Source of the DNA: a virus
Taxonomy: Duplodnaviria; Caudoviricetes
DNA: 33,439 nucleotides
Virus record (IMG/VR): IMGVR_UViG_3300037116_000086
Coordinates: 1-33,439 of that record
Reading direction: 5' to 3' (one strand)
Shown: positions 9,410-17,437 of the stretch, in pieces
Position numbering within the stretch: the first letter of the stretch is position 1
Layout: each line of letters begins with the position of its first letter
Notes under the pieces: generated by a model
Database searches by the model: none
What the model saw: the letters and a program-made list of their open reading frames with translations, nothing else
Told to the model about the DNA's origin: nothing
Position numbers and translations under genes: made by a program

Positions 9410-10260
9410 TGTTCAGCGACGCCTGGACCTATGGTTGGTATGGGGTATTCTGGATGTTCAACGGGCAGTCCCAATCGCTTGCCAATGTGAGCGCAGTATT
9501 TGAGAGCTACTCGACCATCCCGAAGGTGCGCTACCTGAACAGTGGCGGCCCGCGCCTTAGACTCGCGGCATCGCCCGTCACGGTGAAGAACGGCCAAAGG
9601 CTGTCGCTGCTCGGCGGCACGTACCATTTCGACGCCAACATCGACGACTCCTCGGAGCCCTTCTTTGCGGTCTCCGATGGCAACCCGGACTTCGTTGTCG
9701 CAGAATCGGCCATCGCCCAGGGAACGCCTTACAGCCAGCCGGGCGGCTATCCGTTCGTGGGGAAGGGCTGTCACTGGGGCTGGTGTACGACCAGCAGCGG
9801 GATGCCCATCCTGGTCTCCGGGATCACCACGGGCGTCGTGACGACCTCGGTGACCATCTCTACTCCCGCCGTAGGAGTCTGGGACGCGGCCTACGACATC
9901 TGGTTCAACGTCGCCAGCTCCACCAACGACAACTCCGTCGGTGGCTTGGAGATGATGGTCTGGCTGAACCATCTGGGCGCCATCCAGCCTGCCGGATCGC
10001 TCATCGCAAGCGGAGTGGTGATCGGCGGCAACGCCTACAACGTCTGGTACGGCGGCACGGCTCCGGGTGGCACGGTGAGCTATGTGCTGGTCACTCCAGT
10101 GTTGAGCCTGAGCCTTGACCTCGCGCCGCTTGCGGCCGATGCCGTGACCCGAGGGTACATGCTCAGCTCGTGGTACCTGATAGAGGTGCCGTTCGGGTTC
10201 GAGATATGGCAAGGCGGCGAGGGGCTCTTCGTCCAGTCGTTTGAAGTTGCGGTGACATGA
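9148..10260 (+). CDS. 5'-truncated glycoside hydrolase: C-terminal part of a probable TIM-barrel GH plus a GH12 (endoglucanase/xyloglucanase-like) domain
   Basis: Frame is open from 9022 with no good start; protein-like from 9148 (SIATAVADLLDNESG...). GH12 motifs YPFVGKGCHWGWC, DAAYDIWF, LEMMVWLN..G.IQPAGS and WYLIEVPFGFEIWQGGEGL, with both catalytic Glu present. Confidence 0.8.
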   Translation, partial: SIATAVADLLDNESGVVNQGLDWAGLLAALEGYSDVVAYTTWADTTYGTPVTNPAPAVFIQTILPAGMLAGGESTGNGGTTSTGEALMFSDAWTYGWYGVFWMFNGQSQSLANVSAVFESYSTIPKVRYLNSGGPRLRLAASPVTVKNGQRLSLLGGTYHFDANIDDSSEPFFAVSDGNPDFVVAESAIAQGTPYSQPGGYPFVGKGCHWGWCTTSSGMPILVSGITTGVVTTSVTISTPAVGVWDAAYDIWFNVASSTNDNSVGGLEMMVWLNHLGAIQPAGSLIASGVVIGGNAYNVWYGGTAPGGTVSYVLVTPVLSLSLDLAPLAADAVTRGYMLSSWYLIEVPFGFEIWQGGEGLFVQSFEVAVT

Positions 10261-10325
10261 CCCGCTGGCAACGGCTGAAACTCCGCTTCCTCTACCTTTT
10301 CATTTGGCTGACGGGCGAGTCGTGA
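10257..10325 (+). CDS. Putative 22-aa basic/hydrophobic peptide (MTRWQRLKLRFLYLFIWLTGES)
   Basis: ATGA overlap with the GH12 stop; fills the gap before the next RBS. Confidence 0.4.
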   Translation: MTRWQRLKLRFLYLFIWLTGES

Positions 10326-10344
10326 CAACTCCAGAGGAGAACCA

Positions 10345-11223
10345 ATGAGCAACCCAACCCTCGAACCGGGCCTGTGGCCCTTCCCGGCTGGCAGCACTGT
10401 CACCGACGCAGACGGCGATGTGGTGAGTACGTTCTCGGCTGGCGGTGGCGTCAGCGTACCGGGTACACCCCCGCCCACCGGCACGCTGCTGGGCGTCTTC
10501 GTCTCACAGATGACGCCCTCCACGGAGGAAGCGGCTGCGGCTGCGCTTGGAGTCGCACTTACTTGCATCACCGAGTACGGCAACAACGGCAGCCCCTACA
10601 ACTACTCGCCACCCGCCAAGGGCGCTCTGGGCGGCGCCCGTCTGGTGCTGGGCCTGGGGCCGTGCTCCACGTCCGAGGCCACCACCATCGCGGAGGGCCT
10701 GATCGCCAACGGCTACGCGAATACAATCTTCCGATTTTGCTGGGAGATGAATGGGAACTGGTACCCGTGGGGCCTGGAGTCCGGTGGCAAGACAACTGGC
10801 TGGACCAACGCCTCGTACGTCGCTGCGTGGACCGCGTTCCATGCTGCCGTGACGGCGGTTCCTGGCGGGAAGTTCGAGTTCCTCTGGAACATGAACGGCA
10901 CCTCCAACATCCCCACCGGCTGCTACCCCGGGTCCGCCCTGGTCGACATCATCGGGACCGATCAGTATTCGTACTCGGGCTACGCGGGTAACTTGGCGGC
11001 CGCCGTGAAGTTCGCCCAGTCCGAGGGCAAGCCGTTTGCCATCTGCGAGTGGGGCTGCGCCTCTGGTGGCGGGCAGACCGGGGACGACCCCAACTACATT
11101 AAGGCCGTGGCTGCGATCATCAAGGCACCGGCCAGCAACTGCCAGCTCCAGATGTACTTCTCCGACCCGAGCATCAGCGGCTTCCCGAACGCCGAAGCCG
11201 CCTACCGGGCTGAGTTCGGCTGA
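10345..11223 (+). CDS. Stand-alone GH26 glycoside hydrolase, paralog of the tail-hub C-terminal domain
   Basis: AGAGGAG RBS; FRFCWEMNGNWYPW, YPGSALVDIIGTDQY and GKPFAICEWG; collinear with 3400-4136. Confidence 0.88.
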   Translation: MSNPTLEPGLWPFPAGSTVTDADGDVVSTFSAGGGVSVPGTPPPTGTLLGVFVSQMTPSTEEAAAAALGVALTCITEYGNNGSPYNYSPPAKGALGGARLVLGLGPCSTSEATTIAEGLIANGYANTIFRFCWEMNGNWYPWGLESGGKTTGWTNASYVAAWTAFHAAVTAVPGGKFEFLWNMNGTSNIPTGCYPGSALVDIIGTDQYSYSGYAGNLAAAVKFAQSEGKPFAICEWGCASGGGQTGDDPNYIKAVAAIIKAPASNCQLQMYFSDPSISGFPNAEAAYRAEFG

Positions 11224-11245
11224 AGTGGAGGACAATGGAGGAGCG

Positions 11246-11518
11246 ATGAACCCAGAAGGCAACGCGCCAGCCATGATCCCCCACGCCCGCCCGCTTCAGA
11301 TCGGGGCCGGCATCCGGCCCATCCCCGGCGGCCAGGTGGTTGACCTGCAGGTGGTCGAGGGGGCCAAGATCACGATCTACCCCCTGCAGGCGGACTTCGC
11401 CATGCAGCTTGGCCAGCAGCTCATCCAGTGCGCCCAGCAGGCGCAGTCCCAGAGCATCCAGCGCGCCCCGGCTGACTTCCTACGGGTGCTCGACGGGAAC
11501 GGGCACAAGCCTAGCTGA
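11246..11518 (+). CDS. Hypothetical protein, 90 aa
   Basis: GGAGGAG RBS before ATG 11246. Confidence 0.7.
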   Translation: MNPEGNAPAMIPHARPLQIGAGIRPIPGGQVVDLQVVEGAKITIYPLQADFAMQLGQQLIQCAQQAQSQSIQRAPADFLRVLDGNGHKPS

Positions 11519-11573
11519 TGGCAAACGGCAGGCCGGTCGACTCGCAGGGGTATCCAGCCTTCGAGGTGGCAGC

Positions 11574-12203
11574 TTGAAGCCAAATGGAAGGCCAGTGGAC
11601 CGTCAGGGCAACTTGGCGCTAGATCCCACAAAAAATGTCATTGACATCCTCGACGCTGCGGTCAAGCGGCAGGACGACCTGCGCGAGCTCGAAGCTGGGC
11701 ACGTCCGCGAGGTCATCGAGCTTCGGGCTCGGTACGACGATAAGCTCCGGGTGTCGGAGAGCGGCCGCATCGACGCGATCCGGGCGGTGGACGTGGGCGC
11801 GGTCAACCGGGCCGCCGAGGTGTCCTCCCAGCAGGCCGCAACTCTGGCAGCCCAGGTGGCGACTTCAGCCGAGACCTTGAGAGGCCAGGTGGAAGCGGCG
11901 CGGGTCCAAACCGCCGTCGCCCTGGCTGCCGCCTTGGACCCGATCCAGGTTGACATCCGCACCCTGCGAGAGTCGCGGTCCCAGATTGCCGGTAAGGACT
12001 CGGCAGCCTTTGATCCCCTGTTGCAGGAGATGCGCCAGATGAGGGAGGAAGCAGCGGTAGCGCGGGTCAAGGGGCAGCAAAGCATGTTGGTGGAGGGGCG
12101 CCAGTACGCGACAAGCGCGCAGAATCGTTACCTCGGCCTCTACTTCGCCGGGGCGTTCGTGCTGATGATCGTCGGTTCGGTTGTCGGATACTTGGTCCAC
12201 TGA
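11574..12203 (+). CDS. Coiled-coil protein with a C-terminal transmembrane helix
   Basis: GAGGTGG RBS and TTG at 11574; DPTKNVIDILDAAVKRQDDLR...RIDAIRAVDVGAV; C-terminal YLGLYFAGAFVLMIVGSVVGYLV. Confidence 0.7.
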   Translation: MKPNGRPVDRQGNLALDPTKNVIDILDAAVKRQDDLRELEAGHVREVIELRARYDDKLRVSESGRIDAIRAVDVGAVNRAAEVSSQQAATLAAQVATSAETLRGQVEAARVQTAVALAAALDPIQVDIRTLRESRSQIAGKDSAAFDPLLQEMRQMREEAAVARVKGQQSMLVEGRQYATSAQNRYLGLYFAGAFVLMIVGSVVGYLVH

Positions 12204-12213
12204 GGGAGATGCC

Positions 12214-13263
12214 ATGACAGAACGCCGCGTCGGCTTCCCGCACCCGTCGACCGTCAAGTGCGCCGACATGCTCCAGGCTCAGGGCGTCGGAGACTACGAC
12301 GACCAGCCCAATCAGCCGCTTCCGGTTCCGTACACTCCGGGGAGGGCCGCGCCTGAGTCCGTGGGGATCCAAGACCCCGGAGACGGCATCACCTTCCAGG
12401 TGATCGGAGACTCGGGCGGCGTCACGGACCCCAACCCGCAGCTCGCCGTGGCGGCCGCGCTAGCGGCGGACCCTGCTGACTTCGTGCTCTCGGTCGGTGA
12501 CGCCGACTACTACTACGGCGCGGCTGACCAGTGGGTCCCTCAATTTCTTGAGCCCTACAAAGACGTGCAGCGGCCAATCGTGGGTTGCCCGGGTAATCAC
12601 GAGGATCTCCCCGGCGGACCTCCTGGAGCGGGCATAGCGACCTGGATGGCGATGTTCTGCTCGCCCGAGCCGCAAGCCCCCCCGGCCGATCCAGATATGG
12701 AATATGGGCGCCACACAGAAACTCAACCTTATGTGGATTGGACCCTGAACCTCAAGGCAGCAACCCTGATCGGCGTCTGGAGCAACGTCCACCCCGGAGG
12801 CAATCTCTACCCGAACCAACAGGCGTGGCTGACGGGGGAGCTGGCGGCGGCTGACCCGAGTCTTCCCGTGCTGGTCTATATGCATCACACTGCATATTCC
12901 GTCGACGTCTACAGTGGCGGCAGCGCCACGCTCGGAGCGACGCTGGACAAAATCTTTGAAGCGTCTCGGTGGCCCGATCTGGTGATCGCGGGTCACATTC
13001 ATAACCGGCAGTTTTTCTCCAGGACGAGGCCCGGCGGGACTACCAACTACCTGGTGACCGGAGCGGGAGGCTACCGAAATTTGCATTCCGTGGCTGGGGA
13101 TTATACCCTGGGGATGGACCTGGGGGGCGGCGTGACCTGCGAATATGCCGACGCTTCGAAGTGGGGATACCTCAATCTGACCGTCAGCGGGGGCGAGTTC
13201 CACGGCGAGTTCGTCGGAGTCGCTCTGGACGGTACAATCACACGCGGTGAGTATACATTCTAA
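12214..13263 (+). CDS. Calcineurin-like metallophosphoesterase (purple acid phosphatase-like)
   Basis: Five motifs in order: GDSG, GDADY, PGNHE, HHTAY, GHIHN; GAGGGAG RBS before ATG 12214. Confidence 0.9.
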   Translation: MTERRVGFPHPSTVKCADMLQAQGVGDYDDQPNQPLPVPYTPGRAAPESVGIQDPGDGITFQVIGDSGGVTDPNPQLAVAAALAADPADFVLSVGDADYYYGAADQWVPQFLEPYKDVQRPIVGCPGNHEDLPGGPPGAGIATWMAMFCSPEPQAPPADPDMEYGRHTETQPYVDWTLNLKAATLIGVWSNVHPGGNLYPNQQAWLTGELAAADPSLPVLVYMHHTAYSVDVYSGGSATLGATLDKIFEASRWPDLVIAGHIHNRQFFSRTRPGGTTNYLVTGAGGYRNLHSVAGDYTLGMDLGGGVTCEYADASKWGYLNLTVSGGEFHGEFVGVALDGTITRGEYTF

Positions 13264-13798
13264 TGAGAGATGGCTCCCGATCGCTGGCTTCGAGGACTAC
13301 TACGAGGTCTCAGACCAAGGTCGCGTCCGTGCCACATTCAAGGTCATGCGGAAGAAGCCGCCCCCTCGCATCCTGGGAGACCGTCTCAAAGCGAATGGCC
13401 GGATGCCTTATTGGCAGGTCACGCTCTGTCCTCCCTATGGGCGTGAACGCGGGCGGTTCAGGCACGCCTTGATCCACCAACTCGTTCTGGAGACCTTTGT
13501 GGGTCCTGCGCCACAAGGGACGCAGTGCCGACACCTTGACGGGAATCCCGACAACAACGCCGTGGCAAACCTTACGTGGGGCACGGCGTCCGAGAATCAG
13601 GCCGATAGGTGGCGGCACGGGACAAGATGTGTGGGAGAAAGCCATGGGGGCCACAAACTCACCGTTGGCGAAGTGCTCGAGATCCGTAGGTTGGCGTCCA
13701 CCACCAACCTCACGCAGAAAGCTATCGGAACCCGCTTCGGAATCGGTCAGGCCACGGCTGGCCGCATCATTCGACGCCTGAACTGGACTGAAATATGA
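13247..13798 (+). CDS. NUMOD4-HNH homing endonuclease
   Basis: ERWLPIAGFEDYYEVSDQGRVR (NUMOD4); IHQLVLETFVGP...CRHLDGNPDNN..ANL.WGT.SEN (HNH_3); C-terminal HTH. Confidence 0.92.
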   Translation: MSIHSNERWLPIAGFEDYYEVSDQGRVRATFKVMRKKPPPRILGDRLKANGRMPYWQVTLCPPYGRERGRFRHALIHQLVLETFVGPAPQGTQCRHLDGNPDNNAVANLTWGTASENQADRWRHGTRCVGESHGGHKLTVGEVLEIRRLASTTNLTQKAIGTRFGIGQATAGRIIRRLNWTEI

Positions 13799-14019
13799 CC
13801 TTCACAACCAAGGTGAGTCCCTACGATCTCCTGATGCTGGGTGGTCTGGTCCTGACGGCCATTCGGATGGCGGTCCAATACCACGTCCTGAAGCGAGTCC
13901 AGCGTGCTCTGCACGACGCCGAGGCCGACGTTGAGAAGCTGAAGCGCAAGCATCCAACTGTGGATCCCCGCCATCAGGCCATCTACAGCCCCGGAGAAGA
14001 GCCGAGGGTGAACCCGTGA
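13795..14019 (+). CDS. Small single-TM membrane protein (possible holin or lysis accessory)
   Basis: Hydrophobic LLMLGGLVLTAIRMAV followed by a coiled coil; directly before the endolysin. Confidence 0.55.
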   Translation: MTFTTKVSPYDLLMLGGLVLTAIRMAVQYHVLKRVQRALHDAEADVEKLKRKHPTVDPRHQAIYSPGEEPRVNP

Positions 14020-14852
14020 GTTCCGTCCGCGGAGCCGACTCGTGGGAGCAGCCTACTGCCGCTCAAATCGCCGCCGCCAAGGCGCAGGGGCTGGCTTTCT
14101 GGATGGGGTACTTCAAGCAGACCCCGACGGACGACATCTACTCAGGCTGGCCTGATGCCGAGTTCGAACTGGTCAAGGCGGGTGGCCTGCTGACTGGGGC
14201 CTACTGCTCCCAACTGGACGACCCCACCTGGGTCCGCACCCGGGCGACCGCCTTGGGGATCATCTCGATCCTCGACGACGAGTCTGGCATCGACGCTGAC
14301 AACGCGGGAACTGACGGCTGGCTCGCTACTTCCGGGGCTCACCTCTATGGCGGCTCCGGGGTCCAGGCGACTCACCGAACCCATGGCCACCCCGGGTATG
14401 TTTTTGCTGAGTATCCGACCGCGGGCAACCCCGACGGGCTCAACTGGCCGCCTGGAGTCGCGCCGCCCGTCCCGGCGCGCCCGATGGGGTGGCAGTACGC
14501 TGACAGTGGAAGGGTCGGCGGCCTCAGCGTCGACCTCAGCGTCTTCGATCCGGCGATCTTCGGGGCACCAGTCCCCGCACCGAACCCACCACAGGAGACC
14601 AAGATGCTGATCCTGTTCTACGCCACGAATGTCAACGGCAAGCCCGCCACGTTCATCGCTGACGGTATATCCTTCCGCTGGATCGAGAGCGCGGCCCAGA
14701 ACGCCGATGTTCTGGCGGTTGGGGCTGTGGTCAACGGCAAGCCGGTCCAGATCTGGAACGCCCCGCCCGCAGCACCCGTCGCCGACCCGATGGCCTTCGG
14801 CACCCCGGCCAATGCTGCCACCGCAGCCCAACTCGGGCTACCATTCCCTTGA
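14016..14852 (+). CDS. Endolysin, GH25/DUF1906-like muramidase with a C-terminal binding domain
   Basis: GADS...AKAQGLAFWMGY, ILDDE, HLYG, WQY...VDLS pattern; Pro linker; adjacent holin. Confidence 0.72.
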   Translation: MSSVRGADSWEQPTAAQIAAAKAQGLAFWMGYFKQTPTDDIYSGWPDAEFELVKAGGLLTGAYCSQLDDPTWVRTRATALGIISILDDESGIDADNAGTDGWLATSGAHLYGGSGVQATHRTHGHPGYVFAEYPTAGNPDGLNWPPGVAPPVPARPMGWQYADSGRVGGLSVDLSVFDPAIFGAPVPAPNPPQETKMLILFYATNVNGKPATFIADGISFRWIESAAQNADVLAVGAVVNGKPVQIWNAPPAAPVADPMAFGTPANAATAAQLGLPFP

Positions 14853-14862
14853 AAGGAGACCC

Positions 14863-15261
14863 ATGACCCCACGCGCGGCACTTCAACTGACCGTCTCGCA
14901 GGTATTCACGTACCTCGCTGTCCTGGTCGGACTCTCGGGGGCGCTGGAGACCTACGCACTCCACGTGGGCGGGCCCACGGCGGGGACCATCGCTGGCGAC
15001 GCCCTCCAGGGTGCGGCCCTGATCCTGTTCGTCTACAACCACGCGGTCCTAACCGGGCAGTCGCTCTCGATCAAGAACGTGGCCTCGGTCGTCGCCGTGA
15101 TCGTCGGGGCTTCGGGCGCAATCCAGGCGTACTTCCTGCACCTCGGGGGAACTGAGGTGGGCCTGATCGCCGGCTGCGTTCTCCAGGGACTGGCCCTGGC
15201 CGTGACCGCCTACCAGCAGTTGATCCTGCCGACTCCTGCGGCCAAGCGAACTCATGCCTAA
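14863..15261 (+). CDS. Holin-like 4-TM protein formed by internal duplication
   Basis: GAAAGGAG RBS and ATG 14863; the two halves VLVGLSGALETYALHVGG...IAG..LQG and VIVGASGAIQAYFLHLGG...IAG..LQG; basic C-terminus. Confidence 0.7.
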   Translation: MTPRAALQLTVSQVFTYLAVLVGLSGALETYALHVGGPTAGTIAGDALQGAALILFVYNHAVLTGQSLSIKNVASVVAVIVGASGAIQAYFLHLGGTEVGLIAGCVLQGLALAVTAYQQLILPTPAAKRTHA

Positions 15262-15757
15262 CCGCTTCCGGCGTCCCGAGCCCCTGCGGGAGATCAGGGA
15301 CGCGATCGACCGCCAGACCGCTCAGCAAGCGAGGTCCGCTAGGCTGATAGCCAAGGCGATCAGCGGACTCGCCCCGACCACTAACGACGCAACGAGCTGC
15401 AAGCTCACCATCGCAATCGGAGGAGACTCAGTGAACCCGATCATCTCAGTAGACACGACCACTGGCACCGTGACCCTCACGTTCGAGGATGACAAGGGCG
15501 ACCCGGCGACCGCTCCCGCTGGCGCGACCGTGGTATTCAGTTCGGACACGCCTGCGGTATGTGCCGTGACCGCAGACGCGACCAACCCGCTCCAGGGCGA
15601 CCTGGCGCCTGCTTCCGTGGGCACCTTCAACCTAAGCGCGGCAGTGACTGGCACCTATGCCAACGGCACTCCCATCGCGGCACCGGCTGCGTATGCGGGC
15701 ACTGTCGTGGCAGGCGCGGCAGCAGGGGACTCTCTCGTGGTGCAGGCTAGCAACTAA
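15254..15757 (+). CDS. Ig-like domain protein with a basic N-terminal extension; possible internal start at 15431
   Basis: 'LTFEDDKGDP.....VVFSSDTPAVCAVT' resembles Big-type Ig folds; GGAGGAG RBS precedes an in-frame GTG at 15431. Confidence 0.6.
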   Translation: MPNRFRRPEPLREIRDAIDRQTAQQARSARLIAKAISGLAPTTNDATSCKLTIAIGGDSVNPIISVDTTTGTVTLTFEDDKGDPATAPAGATVVFSSDTPAVCAVTADATNPLQGDLAPASVGTFNLSAAVTGTYANGTPIAAPAAYAGTVVAGAAAGDSLVVQASN

Positions 15758-16560
15758 TGGCCGACCCGCTGGACTTCCCGTACCGGCTAGGCAAGCTGGA
15801 GGCCGTGAGGCCTCCTGGCTTGCTGACCCTGGACAAGTACCGGACGACTCCGGTGGGAACGCCGCCGACCTCGATTCCAATCCCCTTGGGACTCAAGCTG
15901 GCGATGGGGGGGAACGGTCCCGATCCTAGCTGCACCCTTTGCCCCAATGGGGCCGGAGACTGTGTGATCGCGGGGGCCGGGAACGAGATCATCATCCTCA
16001 ACGAGAAGCTGGGAAGGTCCAACTGGGTGCCGACTTCGAACGACGACATCGAGCAGTACTCGGATCTGACCGGCTTCGACCCCCAGACAGGCGCCAACGA
16101 CACAGGGCTGGAGATCGCGGCCTTCCTACAGGGCTGGCGCACCAGTGGCCTTTACGAGCCTCCCATCGGGCCTGCGGACATGCCAACGCTTCCCGCCTAC
16201 GCTCCGCTGGACCTCGGGAGCATGGAGGCACTGAAGCAGTGCATTTGGCTCTATGGGGTGGTTCGGATCGGCTGCCAGGTTCCTCAGTCAGCGATGGAGC
16301 AGACCCAGAACAACGAGCCGTGGACCATCGTGCCGGGTTCCCCGATCATGGGAGGTCACAACATCGAGGGATTCGCCTTCGACCCCGAGTACCTCTACAT
16401 CGCCACTTGGGGACAGGTTCAGGCCGTGGCTTGGAGCTGGATCGGCAAGTACATGGACGAGGACTGGGCAGAGCTTCACCCGGAGATTGCCGAAGAGGGG
16501 CACGGCCCCAGCGGACTCGACGACGCGGCTCTGGCGTCGGATCTGGATAACCTCGCCTAA
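15757..16560 (+). CDS. Papain-like (C1-related) cysteine peptidase
   Basis: GDCVIAG (catalytic Cys), GGHNI (His) and YIATWG. Confidence 0.7.
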   Translation: MADPLDFPYRLGKLEAVRPPGLLTLDKYRTTPVGTPPTSIPIPLGLKLAMGGNGPDPSCTLCPNGAGDCVIAGAGNEIIILNEKLGRSNWVPTSNDDIEQYSDLTGFDPQTGANDTGLEIAAFLQGWRTSGLYEPPIGPADMPTLPAYAPLDLGSMEALKQCIWLYGVVRIGCQVPQSAMEQTQNNEPWTIVPGSPIMGGHNIEGFAFDPEYLYIATWGQVQAVAWSWIGKYMDEDWAELHPEIAEEGHGPSGLDDAALASDLDNLA

Positions 16561-16636
16561 CCCACCCTTAAACGGGGCCGTGAACGGAGCGGCTAGCTCT
16601 CCCTCAAGCTGCAGTCAGGCCAAACCGGGATCGGTG

Positions 16637-16663
16637 CGGGCGCCTCGAAAGGGGCGCCCGTTT
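16637..16663 (+). terminator. Intrinsic terminator between the convergent arms (possibly bidirectional)
   Basis: cgggcgcctc-gaaa-ggggcgcccg hairpin with a GNRA loop, followed by ttt. Confidence 0.75.
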
Positions 16664-16669
16664 CCATGT

Positions 16670-16867
16670 CTAGCAGATACGGCAGACCTTGCGCCGCTCG
16701 GGGTCATGGGTGACGGCTCCGCAGGGGCAGCCCCATGCTGGGACACGAGGAGGATTGGGCAGGGACCGAGGCCGAATCCCCCGCGTGGCCTTCTTATGCC
16801 ACGGCACCCAGCCGAGACGACGCCAAACGTGCTGGTGGTCCTTGGTCGCCAGCCGTGGGTCGCTCAC
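16670..16867 (-). CDS. Hypothetical protein, 65 aa (HxH...CxCG)
   Basis: GTGA overlap with the upstream gene at 16864-16867. Confidence 0.55.
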   Translation of the reverse strand: MSDPRLATKDHQHVWRRLGWVPWHKKATRGIRPRSLPNPPRVPAWGCPCGAVTHDPERRKVCRIC

Positions 16868-17070
16868 TCCCGCTCCCGAGGGCGCCAGTTCTTGCACCCG
16901 CATACGGGACAGACCGGCCCCTCGCCGGCCATGCATGGCACCGGCCTGCCCTTGCCGATCTCCATCTCGGCCTCCGCTCCACAGTTACTGCACCTGACCG
17001 GGTACTGGTAGGTCCCGTTCGCCACGCGCTCATCGCCTGGCGGCCACGGGTGCTGAACCTTATCGCTCAT
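16864..17070 (-). CDS. Zinc-ribbon protein
   Basis: CSNC...CPVCGC; 4-bp overlaps with both neighbours. Confidence 0.7.
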   Translation of the reverse strand: MSDKVQHPWPPGDERVANGTYQYPVRCSNCGAEAEMEIGKGRPVPCMAGEGPVCPVCGCKNWRPRERE

Positions 17071-17267
17071 GCTGATCCCTCCTCAAATGGCGATGATGTT
17101 TCGCCTCGCGCGCGTGCGGCTGTTCCCAGGGCCTCCGCGACCCTCACCGTCGCCTCCGCGTCCCTCACCTCGTCCTCGTACCAGCGCAGCTTGGCGCGCT
17201 GGATCGCAAGTGCTCTCTGTGTGCGGGCCAGCCGGCGATACGCGGCTAAGATCGACTTGGCGGCCAT
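17067..17267 (-). CDS. Small coiled-coil protein
   Basis: TGATG-coupled start (MAAKSILAAYRR...). Confidence 0.6.
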   Translation of the reverse strand: MAAKSILAAYRRLARTQRALAIQRAKLRWYEDEVRDAEATVRVAEALGTAARARGETSSPFEEGSA

Positions 17268-17437
17268 CAGGCGTACCACCAGCCTTCCTTGTGTTCATCG
17301 TAGGCGTCAGCGAGCCGCCCGAAGCCTGCCTGCCGCAGAAACTCGGAGACAATGCGGTCCCCTGCGACGTGGTCCGCCTCGGTGTCCATTGACCGAGTGT
17401 TCTCGTCCAGCTTGGCAACGGCCTCGTCCTCTGTCAT
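17267..17437 (-). CDS. 56-aa phage protein missing from the ORF track (MTEDEAVAKLDE...DTEADHVAGD...YDEHKEGWWYA)
   Basis: ATGA and TGATG overlaps at both ends; 'D.E..H...D..........G....Y......WYA' is a recurrent small phage-protein pattern. Confidence 0.7.
   Translation of the reverse strand: MTEDEAVAKLDENTRSMDTEADHVAGDRIVSEFLRQAGFGRLADAYDEHKEGWWYA

Noticed and set aside
4062-11223. DGR template/variable repeat pair formed by the two GH26 3' ends
   Set aside because: Mismatches are not adenine-specific, both copies are coding, and no reverse transcriptase is in the window.
12214-13798. Group I intron carrying the HNH
   Set aside because: Flanking genes are intact and overlap the HNH ORF directly, leaving no room for an intron core.
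16561-16636. Riboswitch or SRP-like RNA after the peptidase gene
   Set aside because: Only short hairpins; no consensus I can match; it lies at an operon's 3' end.
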